64,000 nt of DNA. Origin: Eledone cirrhosa (lineage: Eukaryota). The stretch covers positions 5,208,001-5,272,000 of the forward strand of contig OZ024742.1 of the NCBI GenBank assembly GCA_964016885.1, in the 5' to 3' direction. The notes beneath the pieces were generated by a model. The model was given only the letters and a program-made list of their open reading frames with translations, searched no databases and was not told where the DNA came from. The translations under genes and the position numbers were made by a program. Shown here piece by piece: positions 53,026 to 64,000 of the stretch (its first letter is position 1; the number at the start of each line of letters is the position of its first letter).

Positions 53026-53220
53026 TTATCAATAATGTTATATCTCGCAATGGCCATACTCGATAACGAGGGCGCAGTCATTATGTATGGTGTTGTGGTT
53101 TTTATGTACAGTATATTATTATTAGATGGGTAACGTGCCTGCAGTAATCGGTAGAGCGTCCTCTCAAAATGTTTGCATTTTGCCCAAAGCAGAAACAATT
53201 ATTATTGTTGTTTGTAGTAT

Positions 53221-53302
<82 letters not shown>
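53221..53302. repeat. (TAG)n trinucleotide repeat
   Basis: Direct reading. Confidence 0.98.
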
Positions 53303-54289
53303 CCTAATAGTTGTTATTGTTGTTATTGCTTTTGTTGTTGGGGGCGGTATAGAGAGAGGTGGAATTAGTTTTGTCATTGCACTACGCACATATACATACA
53401 TACGCGTGTGTGTGTGTGTGTGTGTGTGTATAAATATATATATATATATTTATTTATTCATTCTATTTTGTGTTCCACGTGGTTGATATTTCATCACCAC
53501 AACACCACCACACCACCACCACACCACCACACCACCACACACCACCAACACACCACTACACCAACACTGTCGCCACCAGTTGAGCTACGTAGTCAAAGTG
53601 AAGGAAATAGAATTGGTGAAAGATAGACATACTGATAGAAAGATATATGTATATATAGAGAGAGGAGGGGGGGGGGGTTTAGATAGAAAGACACAGTTAT
53701 AGAGATACAGACAATTACGCGTGTTGTTTCTTTGATTCCGATAATACACATGTGTATCTAACAGTGATGATATGTCATATAGATTATTGAGAGGAAATGA
53801 ATATTTACAAAGAAAAGCTGAAATATAATTTTTTAAAAATTAACGAATATTTATTTTTTATCTTTTGGAGTCAGTCAACATTTACCGCCATGTTCTTTGT
53901 TCTTTGTTAACAATAAAAGAATCTAATTTCTGACATACACCCTACTTCCGATCTTTAACCGCAGCCATTATATCAGAATGTATCTGTGCGTATGTCAAAC
54001 TGAGTGCATGTGTATGGGTAGGTGTATATATAAAAATGTGTGTGTGAGTTGGTCCCAGGTTCAATCTGGGGTAACCACAGTAAGGTACTCAATACATAAC
54101 AGAGTATAAATATTGAATCTAGAAATGTCTTCTGCAGGAGTAGAACTGTATATTATATATATAATTTGTCTGTGGTATATATAGATGAATGTTTGATGCT
54201 GAATCTCCCCGAGAATCACGCTCTAAGTGTTTATATTTATCTAAAAACCTTTATGTCCCAAACACTCTTTTCGGCTGAGTATTTTACAG

Positions 54290-54684
54290 CTGACAATGTA
54301 GCGACAGCCAGTTTTGGAGCATGGCGTTGGATGGCACAACTATGCGAAGTGACCAGTGATATCATTATGAGGAGGAAGAGGCCAGTTTGCGGCACCGAAT
54401 CCTTCTCACAGCGGCACCCCAATTTCGGAGCCGGGCCCTCTCCCCGCGATGGATACTTCTCAATACGAAAGACGACCGTGGCAGCCTGGGACTAGATTGC
54501 ACTGTTATGAGAAGTGACAGTCCAGTTGGCCGCTCGAAACCCCTTTCACAGCGGCAGCACAGTATCGGATCCAAGTACTGTGAATTGGATGGACACTTCT
54601 CAACACAAAACGTGCTAACGTGTGACTTGACAATGATGAGAAACCGGAACCAGACATTGTGAAGGACTGTTTGAGGGGAGGGAT
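54290..54684 (+). other. Exon-like GC-richer segment with a diverged 140-bp internal duplication
   Basis: TTTTACAG acceptor and GAT|GTATGT donor; 54365-54470 vs 54505-54610 about 70% identical with no gaps; no frame open across the whole segment. Confidence 0.4.
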
Positions 54685-54869
54685 GTATGTATACGGTCAT
54701 TAAAACACACGCACGCACGTATATAATTCTCCTGAATGAAACAGTTATAGTCATGTAGAAGTCATTACTATATTAAATATTTATACTCTGTTATGAATTG
54801 AGTACCTTACTGTTGTTAGCTGTGATTGAACTCGGAATAAACTTTACACATTTTTGGAAACACCCTGTA

Positions 54870-56040
54870 TATATATCATTTGAGATGTAAATATCACATA
54901 CTTAAGAGAGATAGATGTTAGAACTCGAAAACTTGTCAGTGTTACTGGGAACTTTGGTGATGTGGATAGGCTGTACTTGTCATGCAAGGAAGGTGGCCGG
55001 GGTCTAAAATCCATATTAACATCATATGACACCCGGATAGTAACACTGAAGCAACATCTTCAACAGAGGAAAAGTTTTATGGCCCAGGTTTATGAGCATG
55101 AAAAAAAAAATATCATTAGGATAGCCACTGATCTGGAGGAGAGACGGAATAAAGCCTGATATAAATCTCTCACCCAGAGAAATCGGAAGATCCTATTCAC
55201 TGTTCAAAGAAGATGAAAAAATTGACCAATTTACAGAAAAAGTTGTGCACGTATACTTGAGACGTAAAACACAGACCATAGAGGTGATAAACCACTAAAA
55301 AAGCCTGGCATGGAGTTCCGACAAGTTTATGACATGACACCTTGAGGGATATCTCTATGCAATACAGGAACAAGAACTCCCTACCAAATATCTGCTGCAC
55401 AAAAGAGGAGGGCCATCAGCTGACAATAAATGTAGGCTTATGTAAAACAAAGATTGAAGATGTAAGCGACAATGTTGCCAGCTGCGAAAGAATGTCATCT
55501 CGCTACTACCTCCCCATGAGACACGATGGGATAGCTAGAACCATCTGGAACGCAAACGAGGAAGAATATATCGAGACAGATTGCACTAAGGAATACTGGT
55601 GGAACCTGAAAATAAAAACTGCCACCAAATTAAAGCACAACCAGCCTGATATTGTTGTTTGGGACCACCCATTGAAAACGTGTTGTGTTGTGGAGATCAG
55701 TTGCCCACTTGATGTAAACGTTGTCAGAAAAATACAGGAGGAGGACATCTACGGACCATTGATGAGGAGTTTACAAATCCAGTATCCAAAATACACCTTT
55801 AGCTTCATACCCATCATTATTGGAGCTACGGGTTATATACCAACCCGCTTGGACCAAAGTATGACTGAACTTGGATTTGCTGACAAAGAGCGCAGCTCCC
55901 TAATTCATAGTCTACAAGTGGCTGCGATAGTTGGCACCTTCAAAATTTGCAAAACATTCTTGCGATTCAAGGGATGACAATTTCTTTTCTTTTACAACCT
56001 TGCCACCAGGAAGATGACCGGTCAAAAAATATATTCGAAA
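54870..56040 (+). mobile_element. R4/Dong-like non-LTR retrotransposon 3' part with a restriction-like endonuclease
   Basis: DRLYLSCKEGGRGL, AIQEQELPTKY, zinc-knuckle remnant, MRHDGIA, HNQPDIVVWD...VVEISCPLD, IPIIIGATG. Confidence 0.87.
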
Positions 56041-57053
56041 TTAAGAGAAAGAGATCACCTACATGTATGTGTGTATGTATGTGTGTGTGTGTGTGTGTAT
56101 GTATGTATTTGTATATATATATTTATTTATTTATTTCATTATATTTGTTCCACTCCACGTGGTTTATATTTCACCACCACACCGCCATCAAACCACCACA
56201 CCGCCACCAAACCACCACACCAACAACACTCGCCACCACCGCCATCATTTGAACTACGTTGTCAAACCCAACATGACTTAGCCTTGATGAAAGAAAATGA
56301 GATGACAGCCGTAATCTCCCCCACCCCCCATACTCAATACAGAGATATATATATTTTCTGACACCATGATTGTAGTTGTAGTGTTGATTATTCCTTCATT
56401 GCATTTATTGATATTTGTCGCGCGTTTCGCCACTGATCAGCTCAAGGTTCGATCTATATTGATCCTACCCGACTCAATAATCGGCAGCTCGACGGACCCT
56501 CTTAAAATGCTATAAGAAAATGAAATACATGCTATGTGGTAAAGTCAGTTTCAAGAGTTTGACAAAATGAGGTGTTTTGATTGGTGAGAAGGATCAAGGC
56601 GATGTACTGGCCTGTAGTGTATATGGGGGTGGGTGTGATGGTGAGATGTTGGTGACGGTCTGTGGATGAAGGTGGGCTGTGGTGTGGTGGTGGTGGGTTG
56701 GCCTTGGCGTGTAGAGTATGTGGGTGTGGATGTGAAGATATGGTGGTGGTTAAGGTTATTTAGTGGGATGGGCTGTGGTGTGAGGTTAGTGGACTGTCTG
56801 TAGACGGGTTGGCGTGTGGTAGTGGCGCCTTTGTCTATGGTAGCGGCGTTTTTGGTGGTGTGGTGGATGTATCGGCATACGCTCACACACAGCCATATGT
56901 ATATGTACACACATGTATGTGCATGCGCGCATGCGGACACGAATATGGAGAGTGGTGGAGTATCGGTGGGGGTGGCGAACGACAGAGATGGGGGGAAGGA
57001 CTCACACTCATGTATGCAAGATATACACATACACACTCCCACACACGTATACT

Positions 57054-57105
<52 letters not shown>

Positions 57106-57246
57106 TGTACCGACAACACACATATACACGCACATATATACATACATGCACATATATGAGCTCACCTACACATAGTCAGATTTACCCATATACATATATG
57201 TAGACGTACACATACACACACATAGACATATGTATATACATGTGTT

Positions 57247-57287
<41 letters not shown>

Positions 57288-57661
57288 ACAGATAAATTTG
57301 CGTACACGCACGCACACTTAAAACGCCCGTATGAGTAAAATACTTACACACAGACACACACACTATTGTTGGTTGGGGAGTGGAGGTATGTTTTGTCGGT
57401 GTTGGTGAAGTATGGAGTTGTGTTTTGTGGTGGTGGTGGTGGTGGTGGAGTTGTGAGGGACAAAAATATATATACCGGATCGAATACCGGTTAAAAGGTG
57501 AGATAGGGAACGCGGGGAAAAGCGTTTATGGACGTACGGCCATGTGTGTTGTGGACATGGTGATGGTGGTGGTGCTGGGGTGATATGTTCGGCAAGATGA
57601 TTACATGATCAGAGGTTACGGTGTGTTATATGCTAGGCAGACGGGGGTGGGGGGTATATAA

Positions 57662-57846
57662 TTGTTTCTACTTTAGGCACAAGGCCAGCAAATAGCCAGT
57701 GTATTACTGGTACTTTATTTTATCGACCCCCGTAAGGATGAAAGGCAAAGTCAACGTCGGCGGGATTTGAACTCAGATCGTAAAGGGACGTAACTATGCT
57801 TGAAAGCATGGCGTCCGACCCTCTACCGATACTGCCAACCCCCACC
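57662..57846 (-). mobile_element. tRNA-derived SINE, near complete
   Basis: Minus strand: A box TGGCAGTATCGG, B box GAGTTCAAATCC, then GACTTTGCCTTTCATCC...GGTCGATAAAATAAAGTACCAG; tail shared with 33045-33100. Confidence 0.82.
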
Positions 57847-58157
57847 GTGGGGGGTATATAATACAGTCGATTTGGGATCGAGGGATATGTGTTGATGATG
57901 ATTGTTGAAGTATGTGGATGTATTTAGTGGTGGCGGTGGTTGTGTGTGCGTGCGACAGTACAGTTACAGGATCGAATTTAACGTGTTGTTGCAAGTTAGG
58001 GTAGATAGAGGTAACATGGGGGGATGAGGATGTAGGCGTGTATGGTATGCACATGACGATGTGTGGTGTGGTGGTGGAGATGGTGTGATATGATCGACAT
58101 TGTATTTACAAGGTCTCTTGTCATTGTGGATTGCAAGGTAGAACGTATCATATGGTA

Positions 58158-58952
58158 TATATATATATATAAAACTAAGGATGTCTGTGTGAGTTTGAAT
58201 CCCTAAACCTCGAGAACCACCCAACCGACTGTTTTCAAACTTTACACCGCGCCCTTATAATATGTCTGTATGTCTGGCTGTCTGCATCGCACTCGGCGCG
58301 TCAATGTATGGCTGTTAAATGGGCCGCAAACGCATTGATTCATTGTAAAGGCTACCAGTGGAAGCAACCGTAACACCCTCCAAATGTCAGAGAACGCAGT
58401 GAAAGTCACTATTAAGAGAACGTTCACATGGCCCTTTTTATGGTCACCACTTGAAATTGTTGATTGTTACCCGTAGTTACTGGAGTGTCAGTGAACGGCT
58501 TACAAATCCATTATAAGGGCCCTTGAAATAACTGATGGCGACCATTTGGTTTCGGGCGGCGAGTGAACACGCACACGCCTCAGGGCCCATTTTATTGCAC
58601 CACTCCTCTGTAAAATTGTTAAATTATACCCACTGTTTGGTAAACGTTTGTGAAGGTGCGGTGGACTGGTTCGAGAAGGCTCCATATGCTGTCCGATTGC
58701 ACGTCATGCCTTGTTCAAGCATTGCAGACTTCCCTCTGATATAAGTGGTGACATCTGTCCTGCTGACTCCTGCCACTTTATTAAAGTACAAAAGCACTCA
58801 GCCGATTTTCTTCACGTGGAAGGAAAAGCATACCTAATACTAATTGCATCAGAGCATTCGGTTTATTTTCTTTACATATTGTCCAGGCATGCAGTTTTTC
58901 CACGATTAGGTCAAAATAACTTATCCCGTGCAACGCCGGGTACCACTGCTAG
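58158..58952 (+). mobile_element. Non-autonomous Helitron, apparently complete (~0.8 kb)
   Basis: 5' TATATATATAAAACTAAGGATGTCTGTGTG...; 3' CCCGTGCAACGCCGGG hairpin plus CTAG^T. Confidence 0.75.
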
Positions 58953-59051
58953 TATTATATATATGTATATTGTTTTACTCTTTTACTTGTCGCAGCCATT
59001 TTGCTGAGGTCATGCTGGGGTACCGCCTTTAATATATTTTTCTATATATCT

Positions 59052-59099
<48 letters not shown>

Positions 59100-59355
59100 C
59101 AATAAAGACGTATCCATGAAAGGCAAATCTTATCGGTTGGAAAACAAAATAAACTTTTGTATTTTATTTGATGAAAGTGCACCAAGCTTGTCTTGGTTGG
59201 CCTTGAAATATATATAATAAAATAAATATGGTTTTATAAATATAGTTTCCATTTATTTAATATCACGAAATATTTACTCCAGTAAACTGTTGAGTGCTCT
59301 AAATCAGTTATAAACATTTGTTTGTCGGACTTGCAACAAATTAAATACAACTTCT

Positions 59356-59441
<86 letters not shown>

Positions 59442-59531
59442 CGGAGTTGTGTTAAGGAACCAGATGGACCATAATGCACCAGAGATAGCCGTCGAAACGG
59501 CTTGAGCTCTGCCGTCGGGGTCATACATCTT

Positions 59532-59600
<69 letters not shown>

Positions 59601-59602
<2 letters not shown>

Positions 59603-60782
59603 CATTGTTCTGATCAAAATATAAAATTTCTTCATAGAATAATAAATTTTGTTTTATTATTTGTTGCTATTGTTCGGTTGTTGTTGTTGTTGTTGTTGTT
59701 ACACACATACACACTCACAAACTTTGCTCATCTTTTGGCGGCAAAAAATAGCGGCAAAACCACATACATACATACATAGATACATGTGTGTGTGTGTGCG
59801 TGAGTGAGTATGTGTGAGTTACTGTCACTTTCTTTTCCTTATAAATACAAGTCCCGTTTTTCATATTTTTCATTTCAGCCACTGATTTTGAAAGATGACT
59901 ACACAGTATTCTCATGCGTCCTTTCAACGTGGGTATGCGTTAAGCCCTTTTTAGGGGTGCTCAGAGATACGCCGAAAACCAACCACAGCGTTCACTCCTG
60001 GGACTGAGAAGAAAAGTCCCACAGGTCAGTCAGATTTATATTTAATTTATTTAAAAAAAAAAAAAAATTTAATTTATATTTCTTTAAAAAAAAAGAATTC
60101 AATTTAACTTATTTCTTTAAAAAAAAAGTTCAATTTCATTTATTTCTTTAAAAAAAATTCAATTCAATTAATTTCTTTAAAAAAAAAAAGATTTTATAGT
60201 TATGTTTTTGTATTTTAATCGGGGTAACATTTTCGATTTAATTAATTTCATCATATTGTTGTATATACACACACATATATATACAATTGTTATATATATA
60301 TATATATAAGGTTGCAGTTATTCGAATACCTTGGAGTATTCGTTTTTATTTCTATGCTCTCTGAAATCCTGCCAAGGTCAACTTTGCCTTTCTTCCTTCC
60401 GTTGGAAGTGGATAAAAAAAAGTACCAGTGAAATGCTGGGGTGAATTCTTCCTATCTATAGTTTTCTCGCAATTATCTTTTTCTGAATAAAAGTACCAGT
60501 CAAATACTGGGTTCCTCTCTTCTCTGCTTTTTCTCTGTCTATCTTTCTGGAAGAATTTTCTATTTTAGAACTGGAGGAGTTGGTATTTGCTAGTGATTAA
60601 GGAGAAAATGAAAGATATATATGTATATATATGTATAATATGTGTGTTGATGAGATTAGGTAGGGGGGGGGGGGGAATTGTTTTTTAAGATTTATCTGGA
60701 AAAATCTGTTGAATTCACATGGTTGATATTGTCTCTGTTCTCGGTTTTCAAAAGACTTATAAAAGCTGACTCAGTATTGTTT
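59601..60782 (+). repeat. Duplicated intron-like block, copy 2 (paralogue 23178-24980)
   Basis: Colinear flanks including the same A-rich ladder and decayed SINE. Confidence 0.85.
59879..60024 (+). other. Candidate exon (146 nt) positionally equivalent to 24051-24153
   Basis: TTTCAG acceptor and CAG|GTCAGT donor; all three frames contain a stop. Confidence 0.42.
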
Positions 60783-61011
60783 ATCCAATAAAGTAGCAGT
60801 AATACGTTATAGTTAGATTAACGTTAATTTTGTTCACTTGTAATTTAGAGAATAAAATATAAAATGCACCATTAGAATATTTTTATTCCAGATTCTCCTA
60901 AAAATGTGTCCCTGTTCAATTCCTTCTCTGCCACAAAGCTCTCTCATTTTTGGATAGAATTTTTTTATTTATTTTTTTACGTTAGGTTAAACCAGCCAAC
61001 CAATTTTTTAA

Positions 61012-61053
<42 letters not shown>

Positions 61054-61062
61054 CTTATGAAA

Positions 61063-61138
<76 letters not shown>

Positions 61139-61255
61139 ATATATATAATTTATATATATATAATTTTATATATATAATTTATATATATATAATTTATATA
61201 TATATAATTTATATATATATATAATTTATATATATATATAATTTATATATATATT

Positions 61256-61286
<31 letters not shown>

Positions 61287-61341
61287 ATATTTATATATAT
61301 ATTTATATATTTATATATATATTTATATATATATTTATTTT

Positions 61342-61372
<31 letters not shown>

Positions 61373-61390
61373 ATTTATTATATATATATT

Positions 61391-61424
<34 letters not shown>

Positions 61425-61566
61425 TATATATATATATATATATTTATATAAATGAGACGTATAGAGATTGTTTTAGCAAGAAGCTAACGGCATTCTATAA
61501 CATATATGCGACTATAACGTCAAGATGTATTTATATCGTCAAGATATATTATATATATATAATATT

Positions 61567-61600
<34 letters not shown>

Positions 61601-62231
61601 TATATACATATTTATATATATTTATTTATATATAGAAAAGATGAATATAAAATGAAAGTGCTTTTTTTTAAAAAGAATTTATTAGGTATCGACATGCGTA
61701 ATCATATAATGTTAGCAAGTATTCGATAGCAAATGTATAATCAGTTGTCACTTCAGAGATTTTGGATAAATTGGAAAAAATCAGAAAAATTGAAGTATTT
61801 ATATTAATTGTAATAGAGGAAGAGAAGTATATGACAGATGGTAATTCAATTTACTGCTAAACAAGTATATAAATGTTTTTTAATGAGAATACAATGAGTA
61901 AATGGTTTATTTTATCTAAATAAGAATTCTTGGGAGTGCCTATTTTAATCTATACTTGACCAATTGAACAATGGACAGGGCTGGTCATTTGGTGTAGTAG
62001 TATTAATTATAAAGTGTCAATTAAGGAAGGGGGAGATTTCGACTGCTACTGAATAACATCCAATGCCAGCTGGTATATGCATTAGGGAATTGAATTAAGA
62101 AATCTCATTATATCTATAACAGTTTATATTAAATGATAACCTGAAATTTTTATATTTATATATATATATATATATTTTATTTATATATATATATATTTAT
62201 ATATTTATATATATATATATATATTTATATA

Positions 62232-62315
<84 letters not shown>

Positions 62316-62340
62316 ATATATTATATATATATATATATTA

Positions 62341-62381
<41 letters not shown>

Positions 62382-62418
62382 TATAAATATATATATTTAT
62401 ATATATATATATATATAA

Positions 62419-62462
<44 letters not shown>

Positions 62463-62507
62463 ATATATATAAATATATAAATATATATATTTATATATAT
62501 ATATATA

Positions 62508-62551
<44 letters not shown>

Positions 62552-62565
62552 TTATATATATTATA

Positions 62566-62667
<102 letters not shown>

Positions 62668-62686
62668 TATAATATATATATATAAT

Positions 62687-62718
<32 letters not shown>

Positions 62719-62834
62719 ATATATATATATAATATATATATATATAATATATATATATAATATATATATATAATATATATTATATATATATATTATATAT
62801 ATATAATATATATTATATATATATATATTATATA

Positions 62835-62876
<42 letters not shown>

Positions 62877-62903
62877 TATATATATACTAAATATATAATA
62901 TAT

Positions 62904-63103
62904 NNNNNNNNNNNNNNNNNNNNNNNNNNNNNNNNNNNNNNNNNNNNNNNNNNNNNNNNNNNNNNNNNNNNNNNNNNNNNNNNNNNNNNNNNNNNNNNNN
63001 NNNNNNNNNNNNNNNNNNNNNNNNNNNNNNNNNNNNNNNNNNNNNNNNNNNNNNNNNNNNNNNNNNNNNNNNNNNNNNNNNNNNNNNNNNNNNNNNNNNN
63101 NNN
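62904..63103. other. Assembly gap (200 N)
   Basis: Direct reading. Confidence 1.
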
Positions 63104-63844
63104 CTAACCATAAATACCACAACCTATTTAACAAAAACACAATTAAAATATCCTACTCCACCACACCTAACATATCAGACCATATAGCCAGCACCAACAA
63201 GAGAAAGATTGAAAAGTACTTTAAACTACACCAAAGTAATAATGTCCAGCATAGAAATAACCTGAACAACAACACAGTACAAGACCATACAACAAGTCAT
63301 ACTAACAACAAGTCATAGTAATAACACTCCCATAATCATAACACTAGAAGTAGAAACAGAAACAGCCACTCAAATGCACACCCCCTTAACCAGTATACTA
63401 GTAAACAAAACAATTGTAACTGTAGGCCTAACAAGACATGTCCCTTAAATAAGAACTGCCTAATTAAAGATATTGTCTACTCCGGTACTGTAACCGGCAA
63501 TCATATCTCGAAAGTATATATAAGCTCTACATCGAATAGCTTTAAGACCAGATATAATTTACACCTTAATTCATTCAGAAAACCTTAAACTTAGCAACGT
63601 AACCTCAATATCCACATACATACACTCATTAAAATCAAGTAATATACCATACACCTTAAAATGGGAAGTGATAGCTAAGGCCCCTTCATATAGACCACCT
63701 AACAAATTTTGTAACCTTTGCATCCTCGAGTCTAAAAATATTATTTACACTAACCTTAGCCTACTAAATAGGAAATCAGAGATCTTCTACACGTGTCCAC
63801 ATTACCATAGATTCTCGTTCCACTACTTCAAACCTAGTAACTAA
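63104..63844 (+). mobile_element. Penelope-like GIY-YIG endonuclease remnant (not in the ORF track)
   Basis: Manual translation: LFNKNTIKISYSTTPNI...CNCRPNKTCPLNKNCLIKDIVY...VYISSTSNSFKTRY...LKWEVIAKAPSY...CNLCILE...LLNRKSEIFYTCPH; homologous to 13729-14640; contains stops and frameshifts. Confidence 0.88.
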
Positions 63845-64000
63845 TAATAATAAAAATAAAAATAAAGACCAATGTCGGAGATAACACTAGACCACCACCT
63901 TGTAGTTTATCCAACTAGACCTTCATGAATATAGGACTACACCTTAATTAAAAGACCACACTGACCTACATACAGTCAGTAAACACCTGTTTGATCTATT

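Noticed and set aside
54440-54615. MDTSQY/WMDTSQH resemblance to reflectin motifs
   Set aside because: It lacks the repeated MDx5MD spacing and the Met/Tyr/Arg-rich composition; too short to support the call.
54365-54754. Minus-strand ORF with CCRCERGF, zinc-finger-like
   Set aside because: No His ligands at the expected spacing; the substitution pattern favours a plus frame.
57770-57846. tRNA gene (also 26930-27001 and 16825-16905)
   Set aside because: A and B boxes are present but there is no proper cloverleaf, and SINE body sequence follows.
59455-59525. Partial hammerhead (GAAACGGC...GCCGTC); related pieces at 4715-4760 (-) and 50398-50440
   Set aside because: CUGANGA core or stem I missing; at best decayed remnants, so not counted as ribozymes.
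61640-62150. Possible further Penelope terminal fragment
   Set aside because: Only degenerate motifs and no translatable homology; cannot be supported.

Overview
Repeat-saturated eukaryotic DNA with no prokaryotic features. The (TA)n/(CA)n load, the tRNA-derived SINEs and the RTE families suggest an animal, most likely an octopus or other coleoid cephalopod (inference). No intact host gene can be recognised, and most track ORFs are microsatellite artefacts (YI/CV/HT repeats) or antisense shadows of transposon ORFs. The real coding sequence is mostly decayed transposable element: two RTE-clade LINE families (near-full copies at 7.1-10.4 kb and 27.9-31.4 kb plus fragments), three Penelope-like element pieces, three coding Helitron remnants plus non-autonomous Helitrons, a Merlin transposase, a Gypsy remnant, and Tx1-, R4/Dong- and CRE-like fragments. 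Two things stand out on reading the sequence. First, about ten type-I hammerhead-ribozyme motifs from several unrelated families lie in short tandem or inverted cassettes, mostly inside (TA)n tracts (Penelope terminal repeats or retrozyme-like units). Second, there are remnants of an old ~32-36 kb duplication in which intron-like flanks are conserved around two AG/GT-bounded exon-like segments that share no similarity; a few other orphan exon-like pieces also occur. A 200-N assembly gap lies at 62904-63103. All calls were made by eye and element boundaries are approximate.
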